This document shows, piece by piece, positions 55,717-64,000 of a stretch of 64,000 nucleotides of DNA. This DNA comes from a virus (lineage: Duplodnaviria > Heunggongvirae > Uroviricota > Caudoviricetes). How positions within the stretch are numbered: the stretch's first letter is position 1; each line of letters begins with the position of its first letter. The stretch is from the IMG/VR virus record IMGVR_UViG_3300035492_000080, positions 1 through 64,000 of that record; one strand, given 5' to 3'. Below the pieces are notes generated by a model. It did not search any database. It saw only the letters and a list, made by a program, of their open reading frames with translations, and was not told where the DNA came from. Both the position numbers and the translations under genes were made by a program.

Positions 55717-55995
55717 TCAATAAGACTTGCGAACACCAAAGCGCGGGCCAAGTTCGAAAACATAATCCGGCATACATGCACTGCTATCGCAAGGAAACAT
55801 ATCGTCGGGGTCCGGTTTTCCTTTCCAAAGAAGGAGCGTCACGCCTTGCCCATTTTTGGGATCAACGTCTAGATCATCCCAAGTAGACGCTAGCGCTTGT
55901 TTTGCTGCCTTTACACTCCCCCACTGTGTGTACTCGTCCGCGCCGGGCAAAGCATAACTACCACTCTCGTAAATTAATTGACCGTATACGTTCAT
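55717..55995 (-). CDS. hypothetical protein
   Basis: 92 aa. Confidence 0.3.
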   Translation of the reverse strand: MNVYGQLIYESGSYALPGADEYTQWGSVKAAKQALASTWDDLDVDPKNGQGVTLLLWKGKPDPDDMFPCDSSACMPDYVFELGPRFGVRKSY

Positions 55996-56005
55996 GATTC
56001 CACCA

Positions 56006-56215
56006 TCACTTCAATTTAATTGGTGTTAGAATAAGCCCGCGTTCGTATGCTTCATCAGCGGCAGCTTCTAATAAGCTTATATCTTCTGCGCCCGTGAATG
56101 CAGGGAATCCACCTGCATCGTCCACATAACCCCACCTTAAATATTCATCATAAATTACTGTCGTGACTTGCGGGTGTAGCTGTACTATATGGGCAAGCGC
56201 TTGTTCTACTTTCAT
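56006..56215 (-). CDS. hypothetical protein
   Basis: 69 aa. Confidence 0.3.
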   Translation of the reverse strand: MKVEQALAHIVQLHPQVTTVIYDEYLRWGYVDDAGGFPAFTGAEDISLLEAAADEAYERGLILTPIKLK

Positions 56216-56412
56216 GATTCCACCCTCACACGTTCATTAATAATCCCCACAATTACCGCCCATCCTCGCCAGAGCGGTAATAATTGAAATTATCGTTTAA
56301 TATCCACCGCCCAGCGCTTCACCGCACCAGCGCCTAGATCAACTTTCTTACCTTTCCCTTTGTAGGCACGTTGTGCCGTCCTGCTCTTAAAATAAATTTT
56401 CATATTTCCCCC

Positions 56413-56820
56413 TTAATTTGTGACAATCAAAAGTTCGCCAGTGTAACCGAGTGCCCGTGCCGTCGCCTTTAGCGCTTCCTCGTGTTCACCCGTACCATGC
56501 ACAGACCGTGATAAAACAATGCCAGCACTTTGTAAAGCATCATTAATCGCTGCGCTTTCTTTGTTATAGCCATAGCCGCCAGCTTGCCCCGTTCCGCTAC
56601 CATAACAATCTTTACCAGAAAGCCAAATGGAAGCATAAACCGTGCTGCTATTGCGGCTGCGCCCCATATAAACGCGGCATGTTATACAATTTTTGAGGCC
56701 GCGAGCTGTTCTCGCCACAACATTATATGTTGAAACGGTTTCCTTTTCTTGTGAGTAGTTTTTACCGTTTTCGTTTAAACCGTCTTTGCGGATTTTTGCT
56801 TTGATAGTTTCGCGTGCCAT
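56413..56820 (-). CDS. hypothetical Gly-rich protein
   Basis: 135 aa; GSGTGQAGGYGYNKESAAINDALQSAG and HGTGEHEEALKATARALGYTGEL repeats. Confidence 0.35.
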   Translation of the reverse strand: MARETIKAKIRKDGLNENGKNYSQEKETVSTYNVVARTARGLKNCITCRVYMGRSRNSSTVYASIWLSGKDCYGSGTGQAGGYGYNKESAAINDALQSAGIVLSRSVHGTGEHEEALKATARALGYTGELLIVTN

Positions 56821-56962
56821 GATAGTTCCCCTTATTTACTCTAAACTTATTTAATTCGAAGTTTCCAGACGCCGCGAATTCGACTTATGCGAATAACAGC
56901 CCCGGCAGCTTTCAAAGCTTGCCCGGCTTCAACTGCCTGCTCTAGTTTCTGGAAAGTTAGCA

Positions 56963-57163
56963 TCAGAATGATTCCTCGCCTTGGATAAATGCCCCGTCCG
57001 AACGTTTAACCAGCAGCTCACCATTGGCCAGCTCATACAATCCGACACGACAGGGACCGGCAAAGGTGCGAATTGCCACAGGCTCACCATAAAGCCAGTT
57101 TTCATCGCTGGCCGTGGTCACGGCGATTTTGATTTTGTCACTGAAAAAAGGAATAGTTTTCAT
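56963..57163 (-). CDS. hypothetical protein
   Basis: 66 aa. Confidence 0.3.
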   Translation of the reverse strand: MKTIPFFSDKIKIAVTTASDENWLYGEPVAIRTFAGPCRVGLYELANGELLVKRSDGAFIQGEESF

Positions 57164-57360
57164 TATTTCATCCTCAATTGATTCTTGGCTGTGCTAACAG
57201 CATCGGATTCGTCTTGTGTGTGATAATCGGCCTCTGGCACTGGACCTATGCCAGCATAAGAGAATCGGACACGGAATTCTTGCCACACGCTGTCGCGGTA
57301 AATAATCGCCCGGTCGCCTTTGGCGTTTTCAAATGTTAGATGCTTGCGAAGTGCCATCAC
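57163..57360 (-). CDS. hypothetical protein
   Basis: 65 aa. Confidence 0.3.
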   Translation of the reverse strand: MMALRKHLTFENAKGDRAIIYRDSVWQEFRVRFSYAGIGPVPEADYHTQDESDAVSTAKNQLRMK

Positions 57361-57538
57361 TTATTACCCCTGCGGATTAGTTCGAGTGTTTCTTCCTCGC
57401 GTTTCCTCACAATGCATTCGGCGTGGTTTGGGAAAAGTGCCGTATAGTCTGAAGGCTTTCCGCCAAACCTTCTAGCGCGCTCGGCTGCGCTAGGTTTCAA
57501 GACTACCCTCAGCCCGCAAATATTGCATTTTGCCATGT
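57359..57538 (-). CDS. small zinc-ribbon protein (59 aa, below ORF-track cutoff)
   Basis: MAKCNICGL...NHAECIVRK; ATGA overlap with downstream gene. Confidence 0.3.
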
Positions 57539-57541
57539 TAG

Positions 57542-57712
57542 ATAACCTCCAAAACTGTTAAAGCAAAAACAGTTGCGAGCAGGAAAAAGCCAGCGGCGAT
57601 GGCGAAAGCCAGAAGCATATATCCTGTGCCAGTGAAAGCAAAAAATAACATCACAAAAGCCAGAACAAGAAACATCACAGCGAAAACACCATTTAACAGC
57701 TTCATCCGCTAC
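57542..57712 (-). CDS. small hydrophobic membrane peptide (56 aa)
   Basis: MKLLNGVFAVMFLVLAFVMLFFAFTGTGYMLLAFAIAAGFFLLATVFALTVLEVI; two TM helices. Confidence 0.3.
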
Positions 57713-58325
57713 CCTCTGAAAATTTCCTTTCGACAGGCGCCATTCTATAGAAAGTTTTGAGCATGGATAATTGAATGTTTCTATTAAACCAATAGGAATA
57801 ACCTATCGCCTCGGAGCATGACAAATGGAAGGAAACGCGCGTGCGAATAGCACAGCACCGCTTGCCCGTCAATACACTGGACATCCACACAGTATGCTCT
57901 AAAACCTTCTATTTTGCGTTTTAAGAGGGTTTTGTCGTGACCCGCTACCCTTGCCTCAGATTCTTCCGATCTCACTTTTAAGAATGTTTCTCATCTAATT
58001 AGGAAGTGTGAATTGATAGGCTGTCACTATGGTGGAGCGACCTGGGCGAACGAGTGACGATGAAATAAAAGCTTTGCATTCTGTGAAAGCATTTCCGTAT
58101 AATATGCACATGGCGGGAAACGCAGGCATAAGGGAGGCCGAGCACCGGAGACAAACACTGGGGGAGCCTGCGATCTATGTTGGCATAGAATTTGCTTTAA
58201 CAAAAACTATGCCAACTATTTTTATTGACAGCTGCACAGTTTTTATGGGAAGCTGATACAAATTTTCGGCACCCGGTCACGGGAGGCCCGCCTGCGCCCT
58301 AAAGGAAAATAAAGTTAGCCTTCTA

Positions 58326-58345
58326 ACTATTAGTGAGCTAATAGT
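58326..58345. promoter_or_regulatory. perfect inverted repeat ACTATTAG-tgag-CTAATAGT (operator-like)
   Basis: Read directly; lies in intergenic region upstream of the minus-strand small-gene block. Confidence 0.5.
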
Positions 58346-58381
58346 GCGCCAGCTATCGACAGCTAACTAATTATTGCCTAG

Positions 58382-58407
58382 CTATTAATTAGCCTCCTAT
58401 TAATTAG
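58382..58407. promoter_or_regulatory. two copies of near-palindromic CTATTAATTAG (plus related CTAACTAATTA upstream)
   Basis: gCTATTAATTAGcctcCTATTAATTAGttgg. Confidence 0.5.
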
Positions 58408-58527
58408 TTGGCTAATTTTTGGTGACGATCCCAGCAAATTCCTTCCTGTTCAATACAAAAAGAGAGAAGACACTTTCATCCTCTCTCTTATCAAAAGCGC
58501 CACGTTCATAATTTCTCTCGATCAAAA

Positions 58528-58610
58528 CCTATCGAGTATTAATTTCCAGCGCGAGAAACCTATCGAGTATTAATTTCTCTCGACCAAAATCTATCGAGTA
58601 TTAAAATTTC
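58528..58610 (+). repeat. three direct repeats CCTATCGAGTATTAAT(T)TTC at 31-32 bp spacing, each flanked by a CTCGA..TCGAG inverted half-site
   Basis: Copies at 58528-58546, 58559-58577 and 58591-58610; tctCTCGATcaaaacctATCGAGtat palindromic arrangement. Confidence 0.6.
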
Positions 58611-58953
58611 AAGTGGCAACAGTCTGCTTGTTGAGGGCCATATCGTCTTTTACCTTCGACAAGAAAGCTCTTTCATCAACATCTTGATAGTCAATAACTA
58701 CCACTTGAACCTCTGGGAAATCAGACCTGATTTGGTCCAGTGCTCTTGTAAAGTTATACTCATCATCTATTTCATAATCTAGGCACCCGTGGTCTGGGTA
58801 CACCGTCTTTTCAATCGGTTTGCTTAGAAGTGAATTAAATAAATTCTGTGCGTAGTCATCGCTCATTGTGATGAACGGATAAACCACATGCTTATCAATG
58901 TAGATTTTGTGCAATCGAAACCTCCAACAGGGCGGACTAAAATATCCGCCCAT
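58609..58953 (-). CDS. hypothetical protein
   Basis: 114 aa. Confidence 0.35.
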   Translation of the reverse strand: MGGYFSPPCWRFRLHKIYIDKHVVYPFITMSDDYAQNLFNSLLSKPIEKTVYPDHGCLDYEIDDEYNFTRALDQIRSDFPEVQVVVIDYQDVDERAFLSKVKDDMALNKQTVAT

Positions 58954-59019
58954 TTTTCATGGGCCTATTAAAATATCCAAGTAAAAATATCCTGCCAAAC
59001 AAGTATCCGGCCAAGTATC

Positions 59020-59367
59020 CTAACCAGCAATTACCATATTAACTCCCAAGGCTGAACTTACCGCTTCAACAAAAGCTTCATATATTATTCCTTTATCAAA
59101 TTGGAGTTCAGCTTCTACAGGGACTACCAGCAGCTTAAATCCAGCGGACTCAACCATATCCCTTAGTTGAAAAATCTGATCAAAATGTATAACACACACT
59201 TTAGGGAAGATAATACTCTCAGGATCAACCAGATATCCGGGAAGGGGACCATCTTCTGATGAACCACCAATCATATGGATTATGTTTTTCAGTTCATGGT
59301 TTGGAGAAGATGCGAATGGAATTGAAGAATGTGATTCAACAAACAGCCTGATAACTGGTTCGCTCAT
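59020..59367 (-). CDS. hypothetical protein
   Basis: 115 aa. Confidence 0.35.
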   Translation of the reverse strand: MSEPVIRLFVESHSSIPFASSPNHELKNIIHMIGGSSEDGPLPGYLVDPESIIFPKVCVIHFDQIFQLRDMVESAGFKLLVVPVEAELQFDKGIIYEAFVEAVSSALGVNMVIAG

Positions 59368-59666
59368 GAAGTCTCCTTTGAACTAAGGTACAAATCCCAG
59401 AAGAATTTGATTGGGTGATGGATTATGCGCACCTTGAATGACAGTTGTTCTAGATACCCAACCAATTTTATAAGCCGATCATGACTAATCACTCCCACTG
59501 TTGGGTATACATCAACACTATCTAAATTATCATCTACACCAGACAATCGAATAAATTGATTAAAAATGTTGACCGCAATAGCACTGTCAGTTGTTATGTA
59601 CGGACACAGAGAGCCCTCCTGTACATGGAGGGTGATTAGATTGCCATCTCCCAGATTATCATCCAC
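59364..59666 (-). CDS. hypothetical protein
   Basis: 100 aa. Confidence 0.3.
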   Translation of the reverse strand: MDDNLGDGNLITLHVQEGSLCPYITTDSAIAVNIFNQFIRLSGVDDNLDSVDVYPTVGVISHDRLIKLVGYLEQLSFKVRIIHHPIKFFWDLYLSSKETS

Positions 59667-60039
59667 CAGACTCTTCCTTCTTGCGCTTGCGTTCTTTTCT
59701 AGCCCTCACCTTTTCAATCTCAGCCACTACCTCTGCCCTAATTGTTGCCATCTTGTAAAGTGTAGGCCCATCAAGTTTTTCGTACAACCAACCCTCTTCC
59801 ACCATGACGACATCACAAGCATCTCTCCACTCCGTAGCTACAGTGAGGTCGGACTCTTTAACATAATTTGTCCCATTCCACGTTGTTCTGCGATAAGCCG
59901 TTGCAAGCTTAATCCGCTTCCTGCTTTCTACAACAATACCAAAACACATCCTTGATTTGTCGTGATAAACACACAACCCACCCTCAATGATATCTTGATT
60001 CAAACAATCCTTATAGACAGTTAGTACAGTATTAGACAT
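59659..60039 (-). CDS. hypothetical protein with basic C-terminal tail
   Basis: 126 aa; RARKERKRKKEE tail. Confidence 0.35.
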   Translation of the reverse strand: MSNTVLTVYKDCLNQDIIEGGLCVYHDKSRMCFGIVVESRKRIKLATAYRRTTWNGTNYVKESDLTVATEWRDACDVVMVEEGWLYEKLDGPTLYKMATIRAEVVAEIEKVRARKERKRKKEESGG

Positions 60040-60047
60040 TCCACCTC

Positions 60048-60551
60048 CTATTCAAGCTCAATAGTGTCTTTCCTCATCACAATCTTTGTGTACCTATCAC
60101 AGTAGTCAGGCTCACCACTATAACTAATCTTTTTCCAACCAGAAGTCTCCAGATAATTGGTGACATCATCTCTCGTTATGTGGTGTTGCAAAAGTCTCGC
60201 CTTATTACTGACAGATATCTCTCCGAAACGAGCTTCAAAGAAATTGTTCAAATCCTTGGTGACAACCCTATTAGAATCTCCATACCGAAGCACAACAACA
60301 GTCGGAAGGTAGCCTTTTAGGTGTGTGATAAGAGTTCCTCCACCGAGCACCAAAGGCTTTAATACCAACATCACTGGCCAAGCCACTGCCCATAGCGGTT
60401 TTTCGCCTTGCAACCACTCACTTGTTCCTGTGCTATACCTCAACCACATTGTTGCAGTGGCGTGAATCAGAAGACCAATCGACACATAAATTCCAACACA
60501 CAGCAGTATGAATAGTAGGGTTAAAAGAAAAGCAGTAGTTATAGGGTCCAA
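60048..60551 (-). CDS. membrane protein, paralog A (two N-terminal TM helices plus C-terminal soluble domain)
   Basis: 167 aa; C-terminal NYLETSGWKKISYSG similar to neighbour's NFLEVSGWRKIKHSR. Confidence 0.45.
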   Translation of the reverse strand: MDPITTAFLLTLLFILLCVGIYVSIGLLIHATATMWLRYSTGTSEWLQGEKPLWAVAWPVMLVLKPLVLGGGTLITHLKGYLPTVVVLRYGDSNRVVTKDLNNFFEARFGEISVSNKARLLQHHITRDDVTNYLETSGWKKISYSGEPDYCDRYTKIVMRKDTIELE

Positions 60552-60555
60552 GGCA

Positions 60556-61092
60556 TCACTCCTTATTCAAATTAACAATGGTATTCTTTCTCACAAACTT
60601 CGTGAAATAGATTTTCTTTCGTGAGTGTTTAATCTTCCTCCACCCAGAAACTTCCAGAAAATTCATACAGTCTTCAACCTCAGAGTGTAAGATCCCTTTA
60701 CAGTCGAGAAAGTGTGGCATTCGGTCTTCAGTATACCCCTTTGCCTGCAAGAAATTGAAAACCTCTTGGGGAATCCGGTAGTTACTCTCCATATATTTTA
60801 AAGTAATAACTTCATATCCGAACTTTACGTTCAACTTATGAATGAGGGTTTCTGTCAGCGAATAGGCAACTATCGCAAGCCCGATAACCAGAGCAACCGG
60901 CCAAAGAATCACAGGCAATGCGCCATTCGGCCCGCCATTCATTAACTTTTCACCAGTCAAATATTTTGATGAAGTGTTAATTAACACCAAGACAAGACCC
61001 CCGAAAAGCAGGTATACAACTATAAGGCACAGGAATGACATAAAAATTGCAAAAGTAGACACAAATAAACTCCTTATAACTAGAAGGGACAC
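60556..61092 (-). CDS. membrane protein, paralog B
   Basis: 178 aa; same architecture as 60048..60551. Confidence 0.45.
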   Translation of the reverse strand: MSLLVIRSLFVSTFAIFMSFLCLIVVYLLFGGLVLVLINTSSKYLTGEKLMNGGPNGALPVILWPVALVIGLAIVAYSLTETLIHKLNVKFGYEVITLKYMESNYRIPQEVFNFLQAKGYTEDRMPHFLDCKGILHSEVEDCMNFLEVSGWRKIKHSRKKIYFTKFVRKNTIVNLNKE

Positions 61093-61117
61093 ATGTGTGT
61101 CCCTTGATAACTACTAA

Positions 61118-61591
61118 TCACCCAACAACTTCAAGGTCATCGATGTTCCATGCTCGCCGACCACGAAGGTCACGATCTGTGTATACAACGTTCTCCATAG
61201 CTTTCAGGCAAATCAGTACCCGTGCTTTGCGGTTGTTCTCACGGCCTTCAGGGCAGCTCCAGCGCTGTGCTACTCCTTTCTTAAGCCTTACCTCCACACC
61301 TTCCTTGATAACGTTACTGCGTAGCTTTTGGAAGGCTTCTGCTTCATGCTGAGCGGGAGCGGGCTGATGTTGCACCTCTCCTTGAGCAGTCTTGGTGGCA
61401 GTGGACAGTTCCCTGTGCTTATCAACCCACTGCTCCACTGTAAGGGATTCCACCCCTCCCTTTACCCCAGAGCTAGGCCAGACGTGGGCATTTCCTCCAG
61501 CAAAGAAGCAAACACCCTTCCCTTTCACAAGATATTCCTTAATTCCTTGCTGCTTGAGAGCCTTGTTTACAAGAGCTGTTGTCGTTTTCAT
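61118..61591 (-). CDS. hypothetical protein
   Basis: 157 aa. Confidence 0.35.
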   Translation of the reverse strand: MKTTTALVNKALKQQGIKEYLVKGKGVCFFAGGNAHVWPSSGVKGGVESLTVEQWVDKHRELSTATKTAQGEVQHQPAPAQHEAEAFQKLRSNVIKEGVEVRLKKGVAQRWSCPEGRENNRKARVLICLKAMENVVYTDRDLRGRRAWNIDDLEVVG

Positions 61592-61602
61592 CTACCTGTC
61601 CC

Positions 61603-61893
61603 TTATTTGAGTTTTTTAATAAGCCATTCTGTGTTTTCGGTGAGAATCTCATCTTCCCGTTTCCTACCGAGCTGGAATACTCGCATAGCAGTGTCCGAGT
61701 ACGCCTTTTCCAGTCGTTCACGAAGAAGCTTCTCATGCTCAAGGTTAACATCTTCTGCGAAGATTGCAAGCATCAATCCTCCCTGAGCCATCCCGAATTT
61801 AAACTCGATCAAGCGGATATCATCTGACTCAATGATATCTTGTATACACTTCTCAACAAAAGAAGTGACAAATGACATATGAATTTTTGACAT
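61603..61893 (-). CDS. hypothetical protein
   Basis: 96 aa. Confidence 0.35.
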   Translation of the reverse strand: MSKIHMSFVTSFVEKCIQDIIESDDIRLIEFKFGMAQGGLMLAIFAEDVNLEHEKLLRERLEKAYSDTAMRVFQLGRKREDEILTENTEWLIKKLK

Positions 61894-61908
61894 ACCGGCC
61901 TCTCAGTA

Positions 61909-62331
61909 TCAAACAAATTCGTAAACGATGCCACCGCATTTTACTTTATGAAGTTTTTCGAGGTTGATGTTAATCCACCGCTCATCCTTGTCAACATCAC
62001 AGGCCGTGAAATACTCAGGTTTGTGGGCGATGGGGTTCCCATGTGCCAGCGAAGCGTGGCCCTCTGTAAAGGCTTTGTGCTCCATGCGTTTGCAATTTGC
62101 AACACGGACAGAACCATCCTTTTTCTCAAACTCGACAGAGAAGAATTTTCCACCAAAGCTGTCTAAGAGAGCACGTTTCTGGGAGGTATTCATATTAACT
62201 TTCATTTTCTTTGTCTCCATCAAGAATTTGTTTTTGATGTGGAGAGTATAGGAGGTATTCTCCTTTCTCGTCAAGAATATTTTCTCTTGTTTTGAGAATT
62301 TTTCCAACACTGTGCCGATAAGAGATGGCAT
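61909..62331 (-). CDS. DUF2693-like SH3 beta-barrel phage protein (start probably internal, about 97 aa)
   Basis: FFSVEFEKKDGSVRVANCKRMEH...ERWININLEKL pattern typical of a small phage beta-barrel family. Confidence 0.35.
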   Translation of the reverse strand: MPSLIGTVLEKFSKQEKIFLTRKENTSYTLHIKNKFLMETKKMKVNMNTSQKRALLDSFGGKFFSVEFEKKDGSVRVANCKRMEHKAFTEGHASLAHGNPIAHKPEYFTACDVDKDERWININLEKLHKVKCGGIVYEFV

Positions 62332-62680
62332 AACCTAGTGCCACGATGAAACATAGAACACTGAAAGGTGAGCAAACAAGTGCAAGAGGGATTGCCACCA
62401 GTAGCCAGAAAATAGAAAGGAATAGGTTGAGATGAGGCATATAACCTCCAAAAAGGGGGGTTGGAGTGATGCCATCCTTGGCAAGCGACAGGGGTTATCG
62501 CCAACGCCACTCCATCTTGCGTACAACACCATCATAACACACAGCAGGCTCATTGCAAGCTGTTTTAGCGTTTCCTCCGCTTGTTGCGGAAATCAGATGA
62601 CCAGAACGGAGGCTCTTGCCGAATCACCGGAGCAGTCCAATGCACATTCATTGGTATCATGGTATTCACTGTGGTTTCCT

Positions 62681-63163
62681 CTAAATTACAGGTGGCTGCT
62701 CGGGCCGCGCTATGGGGGCGGCGTAGAGCTTTCGGATTTCCCAAACGTCCGGCAACCCTTTTGCCAGCTGCTGAGCGTTGGCTTCTGCACACCACGCGGC
62801 GCGCTCGGCAGTGCTGTCTTGCCACCAGCGTTCCTCTACTTTCTGCCCTGGCAGGTATCGCACTTGCCACTGCTCCACCGGCTGCTGCTCGGGCGTGTTA
62901 GCTTTGCTAACGTTCTGCGCGGCGTTGGTTTCTAGGCGCGCTTCAACCTTACCGAGTAGTTCCATCATGTATTCAGCAGAATCGTGGTTTCCGCCTTCGG
63001 CATATATCTCGACGACCAAATTAAGCAGATCGTTTAGCTCGGGGTCTGCAACGTTGAAGGCGTCGCGCCGCTCATCCTGCGGCGGAGGAATAGCAGGGCT
63101 GTTTTCCTGCTGAGTGGCGGAGAGCAATTCAACCAGTTCCTCATCCTCTTCTTTCGAATTCAT
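62681..63163 (-). CDS. hypothetical acidic protein (GC-rich)
   Basis: About 160 aa from ATG at 63163 preceded by AGGAGA; the longer ORF-track version would overlap the upstream gene. Confidence 0.4.
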   Translation of the reverse strand: MNSKEEDEELVELLSATQQENSPAIPPPQDERRDAFNVADPELNDLLNLVVEIYAEGGNHDSAEYMMELLGKVEARLETNAAQNVSKANTPEQQPVEQWQVRYLPGQKVEERWWQDSTAERAAWCAEANAQQLAKGLPDVWEIRKLYAAPIARPEQPPVI

Positions 63164-63567
63164 ATTATCTCTCCTATACAAGCATTTCTGATAGTCGTTC
63201 GGTGAGTCTTGCTCGGCTGATCGCCATGCTTCTTGAGTGGGTATGTAATCCCCCACCAACTAGCAATACCTTCACCAAGAGATGCACGATCAATGGGATT
63301 TGGGCTATAACCCCGCTTCACCGCTTCCTGACACAAAGCATAGTAGCGATTGGCTATGAATTCAAGCTTTTCATAGAAAAATAGCACATGGCCAGTTCCC
63401 ATTGTATAGGAAGTTGGCTGCTTGAGTTTCTTCTTCATGTTGTAGCGGTTGATCTTGCGATCTTGAGCTTTCCTCACTAAGCCAAACACACGAGTGATTT
63501 CATGTATCTCACCCATCAAATGTTTGTTGTGCAGCTCAGCAGGAGGAACAAGATTAATCCGTGTCAC
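63160..63567 (-). CDS. denV: pyrimidine-dimer DNA glycosylase (T4 endonuclease V / DenV-like)
   Basis: 135 aa; MTRINLVPPAELHNKHLMGEIHEITRVFGLVRK closely matches the T4 endo V N-terminus including catalytic Thr2 and Glu23. Confidence 0.75.
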   Translation of the reverse strand: MTRINLVPPAELHNKHLMGEIHEITRVFGLVRKAQDRKINRYNMKKKLKQPTSYTMGTGHVLFFYEKLEFIANRYYALCQEAVKRGYSPNPIDRASLGEGIASWWGITYPLKKHGDQPSKTHRTTIRNACIGEII

Positions 63568-63633
63568 TACTCATCTCCTTTCTTATGCTTCTTCTTACGA
63601 TTGTATTTACTCTTGTCCCTGTGTGTAGACGGT

Positions 63634-63933
63634 TTATTCAACCGCTCCATATACTTCTTTACGAAATTTCTTGCCATTAAAATATAACACCTCCATGCTA
63701 ACATCAAGACACTTGATAGTTTCTATTATGTTTTCAAGCTTCCTAACATCCTTGTCCGTTTCAACATAAATTTCAAAACTCTGTGAAAGCTCTCCCATAG
63801 AGCTATTGAAGAAACTATTATAGCCCATTGCACTTAAAATATTACTAACTTCATGCCTTCGGTTGGCGATTGTTATGATGCTATCACCGACACCAACATT
63901 ATTTTTCAACTGAATCTTGACATCACAGGACAT
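63634..63933 (-). CDS. hypothetical protein
   Basis: 99 aa. Confidence 0.3.
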   Translation of the reverse strand: MSCDVKIQLKNNVGVGDSIITIANRRHEVSNILSAMGYNSFFNSSMGELSQSFEIYVETDKDVRKLENIIETIKCLDVSMEVLYFNGKKFRKEVYGAVE

Positions 63934-64000
63934 ACCAATCCCTCTGGATTACTCCCCCACGAAAATCTTCAATCCTTTCTAGGACAATGAGGATTTCCAT

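Noticed and set aside
57702-57975. Two overlapping minus-strand ORFs of 62-63 aa
   Set aside because: Overlap each other in different frames within an intergenic or regulatory stretch; no RBS; more likely non-coding (palindromes GGCATAG..CTATGCC and CCCGGTCACGGG nearby)
58528-58610. Possible mini-CRISPR array (three 19-20-bp repeats with 31-32-bp spacing)
   Set aside because: Repeats are short, AT-rich, not palindromic in the CRISPR sense, and each is paired with an inverted half-site; no cas genes or leader; better explained as operator or promoter repeats
61328-63113. Plus-strand ORFs (152, 167, 106, 111 aa) in the GC-rich right end
   Set aside because: Arg/Ala/Ser/Leu/Pro-rich, typical of high-GC antisense frames; minus-strand genes there have RBSs and one (DenV) has a clear homolog
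1-64000. Prophage or mobile-element boundaries (integrase, att sites, transposase, host flank)
   Set aside because: No integrase / recombinase / transposase-like ORF and no host housekeeping genes seen; gene content (RNR, tRNAs, NAD salvage, RNA repair, lysis and virion modules) is that of a virulent phage genome segment

Overview
This window looks like a segment of a large virulent dsDNA myophage genome. I assign no integrase, attachment-site or host flank. Gene content resembles Felix O1-like or other large enterobacterial myoviruses; this attribution is inference from gene content and cannot be confirmed without a search. Layout: (1) 1..7718, plus strand: class I RNR (nrdA, nrdB), two families of small paralogous proteins and an SPFH-like membrane protein. 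(2) 7761..34085, minus strand: lysis cassette (membrane proteins, overlapping spanins, pinholin-like holin, SAR GH24 endolysin); two tail fibers sharing an N-terminus with a tail-fiber-assembly gene between them; a P2-order baseplate (V-W-J-I-H-G); tape measure protein; a chaperone with a probable -1 frameshift; three tube-like paralogs; sheath; four connector proteins; HK97-type capsid module (MCP, S49 protease-scaffold, portal, TerL). (3) 34333..36712, minus strand: a tRNA island of at least 16 tRNA or tRNA-like genes, interrupted by an HNH endonuclease and a small Cys-rich ORF, with a strong sigma70-like promoter and a terminator. (4) 37848..52503, plus strand, early/metabolic block: PhoH, stand-alone ClpP-like protease, HNH endonuclease, Ser/Thr phosphatase, dCMP deaminase, PRPP synthetase, nicotinamide phosphoribosyltransferase, macro-domain protein, then an RNA/DNA repair module (metallophosphoesterase, RnlA-like RNA ligase, P-loop polynucleotide kinase, ATP-dependent DNA ligase). 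(5) 52504..53535: a 1-kb convergent non-coding region packed with direct repeats (CATATTG about 17 times, 20-bp AACCAAT iterons, other short tandem units). (6) 53536..63933, minus strand: many small ORFs, some in visibly GC-richer patches, a second repeat/palindrome-rich regulatory region at 58284..58610, a paralogous membrane-protein pair and a T4 endonuclease V (DenV)-like glycosylase. Most interesting candidates: the NAD+ salvage plus macro-domain module (possible counter-defence), the split RNA-repair module, the repeat-dense non-coding regions (candidate origin or regulatory hubs) and the unusual tRNA-like elements.
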